Shown here piece by piece: positions 11,765 through 22,867 of a DNA stretch of 64,000 nucleotides (position 1 is the first letter of the stretch; the number at the start of each line of letters is the position of its first letter). The position numbers and the translations under genes are program-made. The DNA comes from Cyanophyceae cyanobacterium (GTDB taxonomy: Bacteria; Cyanobacteriota; Cyanobacteriia; Cyanobacteriales; Laspinemataceae): positions 1-64,000 of the forward strand of contig JBBQFN010000009.1 in NCBI GenBank assembly GCA_038321985.1, written 5' to 3'. Under the pieces are notes generated by a model. That model searched no databases, was not told the origin of the DNA, and saw only the letters and a program-made list of their open reading frames with translations.

Positions 11765-11983
11765 ATGGATGTGACAATAGTCACCAAACAATTGCGTCAA
11801 AATCCCTTTGAGGTTTATCGAGACCCCCTAACTGGGAAATGGGTCGTGATTAAAAATCAAAAAGTTACAAGCGATCGCATTTTAAATAGTCCTAAAGGAT
11901 TATTGAAGGAGTCTAAATCTGCGGGGATATGTAGTATTTATGAAGTACCCGCTCCGTCTGGGGAACATCCCCTGGGAGAATGA
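11765..11983 (+). CDS. Small hypothetical protein
   Basis: Strong RBS (GAGGAG/AGGAG); NPFEVYRDPLTGKWVVIK resembles a recurrent small cyanobacterial protein motif. Confidence 0.6.
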   Translation: MDVTIVTKQLRQNPFEVYRDPLTGKWVVIKNQKVTSDRILNSPKGLLKESKSAGICSIYEVPAPSGEHPLGE

Positions 11984-12036
11984 TAGAAACTGATTTAGAA
12001 TGGGGAGCGCATCCTTTAGAATGAAGAATCAGAAAC

Positions 12037-12696
12037 ATGGCAACTTATTTAGTAACGGGAAGTGCTCGCGGTATTGGGTTAGCATTGTGTCAGCAGTTAC
12101 AGGAACGGGGGGACAGCGCGATCGCAGTTTGCCGTCAGTCCTCCCCAGAGTTGGATGGCTTAGGGATTCGAGTCGAAACTGGAATTGATATCACTTCGAG
12201 TCAGACCCTAAAAGAACTTGTGCAACGATTGCAGGGGATATCCTTAGATGTGTTGCTGAATAATGCAGGCATTTTAGAAGAAGATAGCCTTGATCACCTA
12301 GATTTTGAAGGCATTCAACGGCAGTTTGAGGTCAATGCTTTGGGAACATTGCGGGTGACTCAGGCATTGCTACCCTTTCTCAAGGCGGGGTCGAAAATTG
12401 GGATTGTTACCAGTCGCATGGGTTCAATTGAAGATAATAGTTCCGGCGGTTATTATGGCTACCGGATGTCGAAAGTAGCGGTGAGTATGGCGGGGAAATC
12501 TCTGGCGATCGATTTGAAGCCGCGTAAAATAGCCGTAGGGATTGTACATCCCGGGTTAGTTAAAACCCGGATGACGGATTATACAGGAATTTCTACAAGG
12601 GAAGCGGCGCAAGGGATAATCGAGAGGGTTGACAATCTCACGTTAAACAATTCTGGCACGTTTTGGCACGCCAACGGAGACCTGTTGCCCTGGTAG
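12037..12696 (+). CDS. Short-chain dehydrogenase/reductase (CsgA-like SDR)
   Basis: TGSARGIG, NNAG, YGYRMSK (YxxxK), HPGLVKT. Confidence 0.92.
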   Translation: MATYLVTGSARGIGLALCQQLQERGDSAIAVCRQSSPELDGLGIRVETGIDITSSQTLKELVQRLQGISLDVLLNNAGILEEDSLDHLDFEGIQRQFEVNALGTLRVTQALLPFLKAGSKIGIVTSRMGSIEDNSSGGYYGYRMSKVAVSMAGKSLAIDLKPRKIAVGIVHPGLVKTRMTDYTGISTREAAQGIIERVDNLTLNNSGTFWHANGDLLPW

Positions 12697-12855
12697 ACTG
12701 GAACTGATCACAGGTTAGTCCAGTTTGAGTGTAACTCGTGATGAGTTTTAAGACCCAATTGGGAAAAGATTAAGAGATAAATAAGCGCATAAAAAGGACA
12801 AGGGAGTGCCTTGTCCTGGCGGGGGTTTAGAGTGAAAGAAAAAGGAGGCGATCGC

Positions 12856-14106
12856 CTATTGCATTGGGAGTTCGATAATAAATTCTGCTCCCTGTCCTGG
12901 CGGACTCACACAGCGTAATTGTCCCCCATGATTGTCCGCGATGATTTGATGGCTGATATATAATCCTAAGCCGGTGCCGGTACCAACGGGTTTGGTAGTA
13001 TATAAGTATTCAAAAACTCGGCCCATTACTTCTTCAGTCATGCCCGGACCATTATCCCCAATGGAAATGGCAACGCGATCACCCTCGATGGGGTAAGTCC
13101 GAATGGCGATAATATTAGGCTGTTTATTCATCATTTCTGCCCAATCCCGCCCGATACTTGCTTCATCCAACGCATCTATAGCATTGGCAATTAAGTTCAT
13201 AAATACCTGATTGAGTTGTCCAGGATAGCAAGTCACGGGGGACAACTCTGCATAGTCTTTTTTGATTTCTATAGAGGGTCTTCTCTCGGTGGATTTTAAC
13301 CGATGTTTTAAAATCAGGATGGTGCTATCGATGCCATCATGGATATTAAAAGGAATCTTAGTAGTCGTATCAGACCGGGAAAAGGTTCGTAATGAATTGC
13401 TCAAGTAACAGATGCGATCGCTTCCTTCTTTCATGGAGGCAATCACTTCGGGAACATCATTAACAATGTACTCTAGGTCAATTTCATGAATTTTCTCCGC
13501 AATATCTTCTCCCGGTTCAGGAAACTTGCCCTGATAAGACTGGACCAGTTCAATCAGTCCATTCATATAATCTTCTGCTATTTCAATATTACTCGCAATA
13601 AAACCCACCGGGTTATTAATTTCATGGGCCACCCCCGCCACTAACTGACCCAAGGCCGACATTTTTTCTGTTTGGATCATTTGGGTTTGCGCATCTAAAA
13701 GTTTTTTGCGGTCTTCTCTAAGTTTTTGTACTTGACTTAAAGCTCGATTAATGGTAATTTCTAAATCTTCAAAATCAATAGGTTTGGTTAGGAAGTCAAA
13801 GGCACCGCGATTCATAGCGGTTCTAATATTTTTCATATCGCTGTAAGCCGACACGACGACAGTTTCAATACTTGAATCAAGTTCGCGGATTTTTTCTAAC
13901 AAGGTTAGGCCGTTCATTTGGGGCATATTGATATCGGTGATGGTGAGCTCAATTTCCCCATCTGCCTGCAAAATTTCCAAGGCTTCTACCCCATTTCCAG
14001 CAAAAACAAATTCAAATTCTTCGGACCTAATTTGTTTACGAAACTGACGTCTAATTAGTTTTTCAAAGGAGGGTTCATCATCTACAAATAATATTTTAGG
14101 TGCCAT
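12856..14106 (-). CDS. Hybrid response regulator-histidine kinase (REC-HisKA-HATPase)
   Basis: ILFVDDE..TDINMP receiver; AHEINNP H-box; [20 protein letters not shown]. Confidence 0.93.
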   Translation of the reverse strand: MAPKILFVDDEPSFEKLIRRQFRKQIRSEEFEFVFAGNGVEALEILQADGEIELTITDINMPQMNGLTLLEKIRELDSSIETVVVSAYSDMKNIRTAMNRGAFDFLTKPIDFEDLEITINRALSQVQKLREDRKKLLDAQTQMIQTEKMSALGQLVAGVAHEINNPVGFIASNIEIAEDYMNGLIELVQSYQGKFPEPGEDIAEKIHEIDLEYIVNDVPEVIASMKEGSDRICYLSNSLRTFSRSDTTTKIPFNIHDGIDSTILILKHRLKSTERRPSIEIKKDYAELSPVTCYPGQLNQVFMNLIANAIDALDEASIGRDWAEMMNKQPNIIAIRTYPIEGDRVAISIGDNGPGMTEEVMGRVFEYLYTTKPVGTGTGLGLYISHQIIADNHGGQLRCVSPPGQGAEFIIELPMQ

Positions 14107-14139
14107 AATTTACTCCAAATAGAGGGTATGTTTAAGAAC

Positions 14140-16326
14140 TTAGTTAGAGGGTTTTGTTTGGGGTAAGATGATAATAAATTCGGTATGGTCTCCGGACTTG
14201 CTACTAACATCAAGCTGTCCACCATGCTGTCCCACGATAGTTTCATAGGTCAAAGACAAGCCTAAACCCGTACCTTCTCCGGTGGGTTTGGTGGTAAAAA
14301 AGGGATTAAAGATTTTATCCAGGATGTCCTCGGGAATGCCTGAACCGTTATCTCGAATCTGGATTTCTATGCAGGGCTCGTTAGCGGGTTCCGTGGGGCG
14401 ATCGCCACTTCTGCGGGTTTTTACTGTGAGGGTCGGACGATATCCATCGAGATGGGCTTGGTATTTCTCATACAGGGCATAACAAGCGTTATTAAGCAGA
14501 TTCACAAAGGCACGGCTCATATCCTGGGTTACAATATAGATCTCACTGATTGCTTTATCATAATCGGTTTCGATCGCAATTGAAAAATTCGGGTCTTTAT
14601 TCTGGTAACTGTGGTAAGCTAACTCAACTGCTTCACTTAAGATGTCATTGAGGTTAGCAAGCGCTCGTTGGCCTCGTTCTGCTTGAGACAGCAGCAGCAT
14701 TCCCTCGACAATTTTTTCAATTCTTTCGCCATGCTGCTTGATATCCACAACGCTATCTTTTAAGTCCGTCAGGGTTTCATTGAAGTATTCTACATCCAAG
14801 TCTTCCAAATGATCCCCGGGTTTATCCAGTTCTTCAATCAATTCGTCGGTTAAATCTACGGAAATTGAGGCAAAGTTGTTCACGAAGTTGAGGGGATTTC
14901 TAATTTCGTGGGCAATTCCCGCCGCTAGAGACCCGAGAGAAGCCAGTTTTTCTTGGGCAATCATTTGTTTTTGAGCCGCTTTTAACTGTTGTAGGGTGAG
15001 TTTAAGCTGCTGATTTTTATCTCTTAATTCCACCGTCCGCTGTTCCACTTTCACTTCTAGGGTGCGGGAATACTCTTCAATTTGTTTATAAGACAGTTGT
15101 AGGTTTTCTAACAGAGTATAGCCAATAGTGGCGATCGCTGACCCAATTAATGCCAACAAAGGGGGAACAAAGGGAATCCACCAACTGACGAAAAAGGCAC
15201 TATAAACAATCACCATTAACAAGAAGCCAGCAAAGGAAATCATGACCGCAGTTCGGGGAAAGGAGATATAGGGTAACCCTTTGACATCTCTCCATTGTCC
15301 GGTAAAAGTAGCACCGATTGTACCCCAGGCCAAAATCCACGCCCACTCTATCCCTTCAGACCCTGTGCGGATTGGGGATTCTCCCTCAAGTGCCGCTGCA
15401 ATCAGATAACTGGTAATATTTGCATGAATTTCTATTCCCGCCATCGATTCAGGAATACCAGACACCGTGTTACTGTAGGGTGTTAACGAAAAATCTTTGA
15501 GACTGATAGCAGTGGAACCGATTAAAACGATGCGATCGCGCATTAAATCCGGGGGAATCCGATTGTCTAAAACATCCATCATGGATATCGTTTCAAAACT
15601 TCCCTGGGGTCCGCGATAGTTTAAAAAGATTTGATACCCTTCATCTGATGCCCGGACGTAACCGCCATCATAAGGAGTGAATGGAAAAAATACAGTCTTT
15701 CCTAATTGAATGCGAATTTCATCTTTCATCTCAGGAGTAATGCCTTCCTCCTCCAAATAAATCATCGCCAACTTAAATGCAAAGCTCAAAACAAGTGTTC
15801 TTTTTTCATCGTGTATATATAAAAACGAACGACGAATTTTATTATCCACATCCCAAGGGAAGTCATTGGAGCTGATGCGATCAAGATCAGCTAGGACGGG
15901 GGAAGGTGCAATCTCAGCTTGTTGTTGTTTCCCGACCACTTTGCGAATTCCAATCAAATTAGGTGTAGACTCAAACACCTTTTTTAATCGCTCATAACCG
16001 GGTTCTACAGGCAAATCCCGATAGATATCTAAGCCGATCGCTTTCGGTTGCTGAACCTTAACTTTTTCCAGCAATTCTGCTAGGATATTATCCGGGAGCG
16101 GCCATGTTCCCAGAGTTGTTAGATCATTTTCGTTAATTCCGATGATCAGAATTCGGGGGTCAGGAGGCTGCACAGGTCGGAGTTGAAATAATAAATCCAG
16201 GGTTGATAATTCCAGTCCCTGTAATAAGCCGCTCATGCGCAGGGCGATCGTCAATCCCGCTACCGTTGGTGCGATGATTGACACTCTACGCCATTCCCAA
16301 ATTTTTAGCTTAACCTTGGCCCACAT
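14140..16326 (-). CDS. CHASE2-domain sensor histidine kinase
   Basis: [13 protein letters not shown] and GIEIHAN CHASE2 motifs, three TM helices, [23 protein letters not shown]. Confidence 0.93.
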   Translation of the reverse strand: MWAKVKLKIWEWRRVSIIAPTVAGLTIALRMSGLLQGLELSTLDLLFQLRPVQPPDPRILIIGINENDLTTLGTWPLPDNILAELLEKVKVQQPKAIGLDIYRDLPVEPGYERLKKVFESTPNLIGIRKVVGKQQQAEIAPSPVLADLDRISSNDFPWDVDNKIRRSFLYIHDEKRTLVLSFAFKLAMIYLEEEGITPEMKDEIRIQLGKTVFFPFTPYDGGYVRASDEGYQIFLNYRGPQGSFETISMMDVLDNRIPPDLMRDRIVLIGSTAISLKDFSLTPYSNTVSGIPESMAGIEIHANITSYLIAAALEGESPIRTGSEGIEWAWILAWGTIGATFTGQWRDVKGLPYISFPRTAVMISFAGFLLMVIVYSAFFVSWWIPFVPPLLALIGSAIATIGYTLLENLQLSYKQIEEYSRTLEVKVEQRTVELRDKNQQLKLTLQQLKAAQKQMIAQEKLASLGSLAAGIAHEIRNPLNFVNNFASISVDLTDELIEELDKPGDHLEDLDVEYFNETLTDLKDSVVDIKQHGERIEKIVEGMLLLSQAERGQRALANLNDILSEAVELAYHSYQNKDPNFSIAIETDYDKAISEIYIVTQDMSRAFVNLLNNACYALYEKYQAHLDGYRPTLTVKTRRSGDRPTEPANEPCIEIQIRDNGSGIPEDILDKIFNPFFTTKPTGEGTGLGLSLTYETIVGQHGGQLDVSSKSGDHTEFIIILPQTKPSN

Positions 16327-16327
16327 A

Positions 16328-16386
16328 AAATTAAGAATTAAGAATTAAGACGAGAAGTTCAATTCTCAATTCCTAATCCTTAATTG
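16328..16386. repeat. Short heptamer tandem repeats (STRR-like) between genes
   Basis: AATTAAG x3 followed by AATTCTC/AATTCCT/AATCCTT. Confidence 0.55.
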
Positions 16387-19300
16387 CTACCAGGGACTGC
16401 CAATCATCGTAAAGCCAGCCCAATAATAGGGGTGTCTTAACTCTCGGTTTCCGAGGCGTGAGAGCTCAGGTGGGAGTTCCACATTTCCAAACGACCCGAC
16501 CAAGGCCCCATTTTGCAGATGTACAGTCCCGCCAATCATGGCGATTTGTGCTCTCCTCAATGCTTCTGCCTTAATCGGGGCCGATTGCAAGTTTTGGTAA
16601 AACTCGCTCATCAGTCCCAAAGTCCCCGCATCATTGGCGTACCAAAGACTTGCCACTGCTGATTTGACTCCGGCTTGCACGGCTAATCCAGCAAAGCCAA
16701 ATTCGGCTTCTAGATCTCCTATGGCCGTGCGACAGGCAGACAGCACTAACAATTCTACTGGCGGATCGTTCCATTCTAACTGCTGCATCCGGTCAAGGTG
16801 TAATTTTTCCCCCCATAACTGGAGGTAGGAGTTATCTCTCTGTCCGGAGTTAAATTGCCCGTGGGTCGCCAAATGAATGATTCCAAAAGGTTCTCGTTCA
16901 CGCAGTTCTTTCAATTTATCCAACGTGACGGCTTCGTTTAGGAACGCTTCACCCGGCCATAATTGGTTAACAATAGTGGTGATTTCTATAGGGACCGCTG
17001 GTAAAGGAGATTGGTCAGAAAATAGGGACAATCCCATTGCTAAAACTTCCGTCTTTTTCCAGTTTCTATAACGGGTATCGGTTAAATGCAAGCTAGGAAT
17101 CAAAGCCAAGTTATATTTTTCGACTAAAAATTGTTCTCCATCATGTAATGCGGCAATGGGTAGCATTCGCAATCCCGCATCCATACTAAAAATTGTCGTA
17201 TCAATTCCCAATCGTTTGAGTTCGGGTTCTAAGGGGGCAATCATCCATTGATACAGTTGTTTCGCTGGGGCTAAATAACTGGTGGTACGTCGTTTTGATG
17301 CATTGCCAATTTCTCCCTGGAAGCGCTGAATTTCTTGGAAAAGCAGGACTTGAGTCGCTTCGGGAACGCTTTTGTAAATGGGTTTGCCGACTGGGGGAAC
17401 CAAAACTAAATCTAATTGTTCATTTCGAGAAAAAATATAAATCAGACCTGCATTTTTACCCGTGAGGGTTTCCATCTCGCGCAGTTGGTTTTGAATCGCC
17501 TCAAAGGACAAATAAGGGACATTAATTTTCTGCCCTAAATGCTCTTCAAAGTCTTCGCTAAAAAAGCGATCGCCCATTTCTACGGCCATTTCTATTTGAC
17601 CCAAATCCAGGAGGCGATCAACATCGCTGCGATTGGTCAACTCGAGTATCATCGGTTGACTCAAAACATCGGAGAAACCGGGTTCATCACTTTCGTCTAG
17701 TCCAGTTGATCCCATAAAGCGATCGCTCGGGGATTGGGTTAAAGGATAGCCGGTTTGGGTCAAGGTGGGACGGTTTATTTGTGCGCTTTCAGTTGGAACT
17801 GGAGTGGCGATCGCCGGAGTAGATACATTTCCCCCACTGTTATTCCCCGGTACTGCCGGTACAGGAAGCGGTGCCGGTTCAGGAGTTGGTGCCGGTTCCG
17901 CTACAGGAATTGGTGCCGGTTCCGCTACAGGAATTGGTGCCGGTTCAGGAATTGGTGCTGCTACAGGAATTGGTGCCGGTTCCGCTACAGGAATTGGTGC
18001 CGGTTCAGGAATTGGTGCCGGTTCAGGAATTGGTTCCGCTACAGGAATTGGTTCCGCTACAGGAATTGGTGCGGGAATTGGCTCACTTACCTCTGGTTCG
18101 GTAACAGGAGGATTACTTACCTCACTTGGGTCGGGTTCTGCGTCGCTCACTGCCCAAGGAGGGAGTGGCAGGGGATCAATTTTGGGTGCGGGTTTGATGA
18201 TAGGGATACCGGAATTTGACCCGTCCGTGGGGGGTGGATTTGTTCCCGGGTCGGGTTCTTCAGTCTCTGGGAGGGTCACATTTTCAATGTTAAATGCACC
18301 GTTAGTAGCGGTAGCGGTATTGCTTGGGAGATCAACGGTAACTTCCCCGGTATAGTCGGAATAATCAAGGCGATCGCTGCCGAGTGCGCCGTCTATTCTC
18401 CCAATCCTAGCCCCGTTGAGAAACTTAAATGTATCAATAGCACCGCCGCCGGTGAGGTTTTCGATATTTTCAAACCTCATACCGTTGGGATACCCACTGA
18501 GAGTGCCTCGGTTAGGACCTGTGAGAGTCCAGGTTGTATCCTGCGTCGGACCGATGAGGGTATCTCCACCGGCGATCGTTACGGGCACATTGAAGCTGGC
18601 CTCGTTATATAAGTTAATGGTTCCGGTACTGTCTGGCCGCCCAATGGTGATAGAGTTAAAACCATTAGTGAGCGCATCTAGCTGCTTAGGGCCTAAAGTT
18701 AAGGTATCCTCGAATAAGTTAGTAGGGTTAGCTCCGATCGCAATATTTCTATCCACCGAACCCGGTTCGATGACCAATCGTCCGCGCCCGGTAGCGGAAC
18801 TATTCCCCGTTACCTCAATCGCATCGGCTCTCACATTCAGGTTGTTGGTGTTCACATTTCCTTGCAAGCGCAGAGTTCCCGTGCTGGCATCGAGGGTAAT
18901 GGTTCCAGCAGTCCCACTAGAACCCGTGGTCAGATCCCGGGATGTGATATCTCCGCCATCGGTATTCAGGTCAATGATCCCTCCCTCTCCAGAGGCTGAA
19001 GATGCATCAATGGTGGCGTTACCCGTTTGCAAAATGATGTTTCCCCCGTCTCCTGCGTTGAGACTAATATTCCCAGCAGTTCCGGCACCGTCAGAGTTAG
19101 AAGCGATGGTGCGGGTCCTAATATCGCCGGTTTCAGTAGTGAGGCTAATTGCACCCCCATCACCGGATGCTGAAGAAGCATCTAAAATACCGTTGCCTCT
19201 GCTGATATCGACTGCCCCGGGACCTCCCGCACTCATGATAATCTCCCCGGCAGTTCCATCGCTATCGGATCTGGAGACAATATCCCCAGTCGTAATATCA

Positions 19301-21186
19301 CCGGTTTCAGTGGTAAGGCTAATTCTGCCCCCATCCCCGGAGGCTGAAGATGCATCTAAAATGGCGTTGCCGGTTTGGATATCGACTGCTCCGGCACCTC
19401 CTGCACTCAAGATAATATCTCCACCCGTCCCGGACCCGGTAGAGTTAGAAATCAGCGCCCGAGCTTGAATATCTCCATCGCTACTGGTGAGGGAAATATT
19501 CCCCCCATTTCCTGGGGCGGACGTATCGATTGTACCAACGGTGATGCTAACCCCAAAAATTTGGATATCTCGACCCTCTGCCCGAATTTTATCCCCCTGA
19601 TTCATGGCAAAAACGCCGGTTGCGTCGTTGTCGGCGTTGGCTCGAAATATAATCGCTTCTCCAGGGACAAATTCTAGGGAAACATTATTTTCGATCCGAA
19701 TATCATTAGTCGCTTCTAAGATGATATTGCCGCTCTGCTGTTGGAGGGTTTCCGCCGAAATAGTAATGGTTTCGTCGGCAAATTCATCAGCTTCATCGGA
19801 TAAAATATTCGGCAATAAATCCGCTACATTGGCGGGATTATCCTCATCATTAGAAATAATAATATTTAAGGGGTCGAGCAGTAGAGTTCCAGCACTCCCC
19901 TGAGTTGCACTCACATCGACAATGCCCTCAAAAATGAGGTGTTCTTTACCCGAAACTTCTACAAATCCCCCATTTTGGGAAGGGGTAAAGGAGTCGGAAC
20001 CGCCCCGCCCACTAATTTTGCCATAGAATCCGGTAACGCGATCGCTCCAGACAATTGCTCGTCCCCCATTCCCGCTCTCCAGAGCATCGACTTGGATTGT
20101 AGAATCAGGACTGATGAGGGTACGAAGGGCATTCGGCAATCGCCCGCTCCCTTGAAAATCCCCCCCAATATACACCGACCCCCCACCATTCCCGCCCGAG
20201 GCATCAATTGTAGAGGCAACTGCCCCGATTTTTTCCCCTAAAATATTGACCGTACCCCCCGTTTGCACCCCATGGGCAACAGAAATTTCACCGCTGGCAA
20301 TCGTCGTGCCTGCATCGGAGGATAAGCCTACATTTGAACCCGTCAGGGTAATCGTCCCGTCGGCATTGATTGCCGCACCTCGGGCGTGTCCCCCAGTGAG
20401 ATTACCTTCGGTGAGCAGTTGGGGTAACTGCATCGCCGAAATTCCAGTCTCGGAGTTAGGGGCGATCGCCTGGAATTCCAGACTCAGCAGCATTCCTTCC
20501 TGAGATAAGCGGACGCGATGGGGTCCCGGGACACTGGCGATCGTAATATTGCCCCCGGGGGCCGTTAAGGTGCCGGTGTTTAGGACGGTTCCCCCCATCA
20601 GGGTAATACTTTCCCCAGACCCCACTACCAAATCTCCAGCATTAACAATGCTCCCGGCCTGAGATTGGGTAAAATCGAAGTGATTGGGGGACCCGGTGAG
20701 ACTGGGATAAGAATTGGTCCCCAGGATATCAAAACTCGCTGAGGAGTTGAATCCGAGCGAGTTTGCAGTGGTGGCAAAAAAGGAGCCAGTCAGGTTTAAC
20801 TGAGCCGTGGGGCCGAAGAGAATGCCCGCTGGATTGATTAAGTAAAGATTGGAGTGACTACCGCTTACTTGTAGTAGACCTTGAATTAGAGAAGGGTTGC
20901 CCCCCACAACGCGACTGAAGATATTCTGGATGTCGGGGTTTGCCAAAAAGTTAGCCGTTTGGCCCGCTTCTAAACCAAAGAGATCGAAACTGTGGAAGAG
21001 ATTGGAACCATCGCCTGAGCGACTGCCCCCCTGGATATCAAAGCGATCGCCATCATGGATAACCTGGGTCCCTGTCCCATCAGCTGCAGGAATCACAGAT
21101 TCTGTTCGTCCCGACCCCGGGAACAAGGCCCACCAAAACACCATCGAGAGTAGGGTGCTTTGGCAAATTATCCATGATGACTTCAT
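16387..21186 (-). CDS. Filamentous haemagglutinin N-terminal (TPS) domain protein with C-terminal CHAT (caspase-like) domain
   Basis: Signal peptide; NLFHSF, NPAGILFG TPS motifs; beta-helix-like repeats; IIHLATHG, LVLSACRTA and HPYYWAGF CHAT motifs; start taken as ATG 21186. Confidence 0.92.
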   Translation of the reverse strand: MKSSWIICQSTLLSMVFWWALFPGSGRTESVIPAADGTGTQVIHDGDRFDIQGGSRSGDGSNLFHSFDLFGLEAGQTANFLANPDIQNIFSRVVGGNPSLIQGLLQVSGSHSNLYLINPAGILFGPTAQLNLTGSFFATTANSLGFNSSASFDILGTNSYPSLTGSPNHFDFTQSQAGSIVNAGDLVVGSGESITLMGGTVLNTGTLTAPGGNITIASVPGPHRVRLSQEGMLLSLEFQAIAPNSETGISAMQLPQLLTEGNLTGGHARGAAINADGTITLTGSNVGLSSDAGTTIASGEISVAHGVQTGGTVNILGEKIGAVASTIDASGGNGGGSVYIGGDFQGSGRLPNALRTLISPDSTIQVDALESGNGGRAIVWSDRVTGFYGKISGRGGSDSFTPSQNGGFVEVSGKEHLIFEGIVDVSATQGSAGTLLLDPLNIIISNDEDNPANVADLLPNILSDEADEFADETITISAETLQQQSGNIILEATNDIRIENNVSLEFVPGEAIIFRANADNDATGVFAMNQGDKIRAEGRDIQIFGVSITVGTIDTSAPGNGGNISLTSSDGDIQARALISNSTGSGTGGDIILSAGGAGAVDIQTGNAILDASSASGDGGRISLTTETGDITTGDIVSRSDSDGTAGEIIMSAGGPGAVDISRGNGILDASSASGDGGAISLTTETGDIRTRTIASNSDGAGTAGNISLNAGDGGNIILQTGNATIDASSASGEGGIIDLNTDGGDITSRDLTTGSSGTAGTITLDASTGTLRLQGNVNTNNLNVRADAIEVTGNSSATGRGRLVIEPGSVDRNIAIGANPTNLFEDTLTLGPKQLDALTNGFNSITIGRPDSTGTINLYNEASFNVPVTIAGGDTLIGPTQDTTWTLTGPNRGTLSGYPNGMRFENIENLTGGGAIDTFKFLNGARIGRIDGALGSDRLDYSDYTGEVTVDLPSNTATATNGAFNIENVTLPETEEPDPGTNPPPTDGSNSGIPIIKPAPKIDPLPLPPWAVSDAEPDPSEVSNPPVTEPEVSEPIPAPIPVAEPIPVAEPIPEPAPIPEPAPIPVAEPAPIPVAAPIPEPAPIPVAEPAPIPVAEPAPTPEPAPLPVPAVPGNNSGGNVSTPAIATPVPTESAQINRPTLTQTGYPLTQSPSDRFMGSTGLDESDEPGFSDVLSQPMILELTNRSDVDRLLDLGQIEMAVEMGDRFFSEDFEEHLGQKINVPYLSFEAIQNQLREMETLTGKNAGLIYIFSRNEQLDLVLVPPVGKPIYKSVPEATQVLLFQEIQRFQGEIGNASKRRTTSYLAPAKQLYQWMIAPLEPELKRLGIDTTIFSMDAGLRMLPIAALHDGEQFLVEKYNLALIPSLHLTDTRYRNWKKTEVLAMGLSLFSDQSPLPAVPIEITTIVNQLWPGEAFLNEAVTLDKLKELREREPFGIIHLATHGQFNSGQRDNSYLQLWGEKLHLDRMQQLEWNDPPVELLVLSACRTAIGDLEAEFGFAGLAVQAGVKSAVASLWYANDAGTLGLMSEFYQNLQSAPIKAEALRRAQIAMIGGTVHLQNGALVGSFGNVELPPELSRLGNRELRHPYYWAGFTMIGSPW
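17866..18080 (-). repeat. Pro-rich coding tandem repeat (PIPVAE / PAPIPE) linker
   Basis: 18- and 24-bp units such as ACAGGAATTGGTGCCGGTTCCGCT repeated on the plus strand. Confidence 0.85.
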
Positions 21187-21190
21187 GCGA

Positions 21191-21982
21191 TTACTCCTGA
21201 CTGATTTGAGTAGCATCCACTAGGGGTTCTAGGGCGAATTCCCCCAATTCAACGGAATTAAGAAACTGTTGCCACCGGGCAAACAGGACCGTATCTTGAG
21301 GATTGTCCCGGCGCAGTTGAGCCAGAGTGCTCAGGGCATCGTGCCAAATTCCTTCCCGAGCATAAATCTCAACACGAGTGCTGGGAGTGCGGGCATTTTT
21401 GAGTGCTTGGGCGATGGACTCATCGGGTTCGACTCGCTCGATCCATCCATCTACTACAATATCTCCGGTGCGATCGCTCGCATCGCAGACCATTTTCAAA
21501 TACCAGTGATAGCTTTTTCCTGGCTCCAAGGTGGTATCGTCATCCACAGGTAAACTGTGGCTAATAATTCCGCCTCCGGGAATCTGAATTTTGGATTGAT
21601 AAACCACATTTTCTTCATCATCACCTTCGACCAATTCAAACTCTAAGGTTTGGGGTCCCGATGTCGGAACATACCAGTACCAAGTGGGGTTATCCCCCAA
21701 AGTCAACGGCATCGCATCCCCTGGAGTTAAAGCGGTCAAAGGCTTTTGCCCTGCTCGATAAGTTCCACAGCCTCTTGTTCCTCCTTCGGCCGTCCGTTCC
21801 GGTGCACCGCGATCGGGGGGGTTGAAGGATTGACTCAGTAACCAAGGACCGGCAGTCGTTGAGAGGGAATCGCTTTGAGTTTGTGCCTGTGCCTGCAAAT
21901 TGAGACCCGGACTCATCACCATTCCCAAAGACAACGCCACCGAAAGAGTGGTAAATTGTTTTAACGATTTGTTCCAAAGCAT
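21191..21982 (-). CDS. DUF928 domain protein (exported)
   Basis: Signal peptide; PPDRGAP..GGTRG, PTWYWYVP, YAREGIWHDAL, WQQFLNSVEL. Confidence 0.88.
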   Translation of the reverse strand: MLWNKSLKQFTTLSVALSLGMVMSPGLNLQAQAQTQSDSLSTTAGPWLLSQSFNPPDRGAPERTAEGGTRGCGTYRAGQKPLTALTPGDAMPLTLGDNPTWYWYVPTSGPQTLEFELVEGDDEENVVYQSKIQIPGGGIISHSLPVDDDTTLEPGKSYHWYLKMVCDASDRTGDIVVDGWIERVEPDESIAQALKNARTPSTRVEIYAREGIWHDALSTLAQLRRDNPQDTVLFARWQQFLNSVELGEFALEPLVDATQISQE

Positions 21983-22688
21983 AAGACGGAAGCTCCCTTA
22001 ATTTAATTCAATAATCGCGATCGCCCCTAACATCCACTTCCTCCCGGGGAAGATTTTCGATCCAGATTTAATTTCACGGGTAATAAGACCTACCCTTTCT
22101 GTTATGCCAATAATTAGTGGTATCGTCAATACGAAATTTAGAATTTACAACTCACGATATAGTAAGCCTCTGCCCTTTTAACCGAACTCTAATGTAAATC
22201 TCCTCCTTATTGGGGGTGTAGAGTCTAAGGCAACCCCTTATTTGATTAGGTCAGGGAGGGGGGTATTGGCAGAATGTTTCAGGCATTGGCGGCATAATCA
22301 ATAGAGCGGAGGTCCATGCCCCCTGCTACGGATCCTTTAACGGGACCCTTTCCCCGCAGAAGGTAGCCCTTTTAGTATGAACTCTCCTTGACGGTCTGGT
22401 GTGTCAATGGGGTTCCTAATTTTCTGCATTATGTGGTCCACCATAGAGACTTCAGGAGCATCTAATCCATATAGACCTCCACCCTTATTGTAAACTTAAA
22501 AACTGACTACTGGCCTCGGTATTTGTACTGATGTATGGCGGTCCCGCTTTGAGAGTTGAGTTTGCAACAAAGCCGATCAATTCTCTTTACTTGTCCTTAA
22601 AAAAATACTAAAACTTTAATAATTTATTGTAAAAATATGCTAGCCTCAGCAGAGGCGGGTTGACCCTGCTGAACCCCCAGACTAATGC

Positions 22689-22840
22689 CAAAAAATGGGT
22701 TTTTCCCCTAACGGCTGCCATGCCCCTAAGATTAAATGAAGAAACTCGGTTTCTAAACCCCTCCACCCCGGCCATGAAAGCGATTTTTGTTCTAACTGCT
22801 GCATCCTCACCGAGGCAGAATTCAGAAATCCGGTTTCTTA
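22689..22840. repeat. Degenerate AGAAACCCGGTTTCT-type palindromic intergenic repeats
   Basis: AGAAACTCGGTTTCT (~22740) and AGAAATCCGGTTTCT (~22824); related copies near 23911-23936. Confidence 0.5.
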
Positions 22841-22867
22841 CTTCCTACACAAAAATTTGGGAACAGC

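Noticed and set aside
17755..20503. Long plus-strand ORFs (154-350 aa) opposite the CHAT gene
   Set aside because: Antisense products of low-complexity and repeat coding sequence.
22000..22660. ncRNA or small gene upstream of DUF928
   Set aside because: An RBS-like GGAGG on the minus strand leads only to ATG GAT TAG; no clear structure or terminator.
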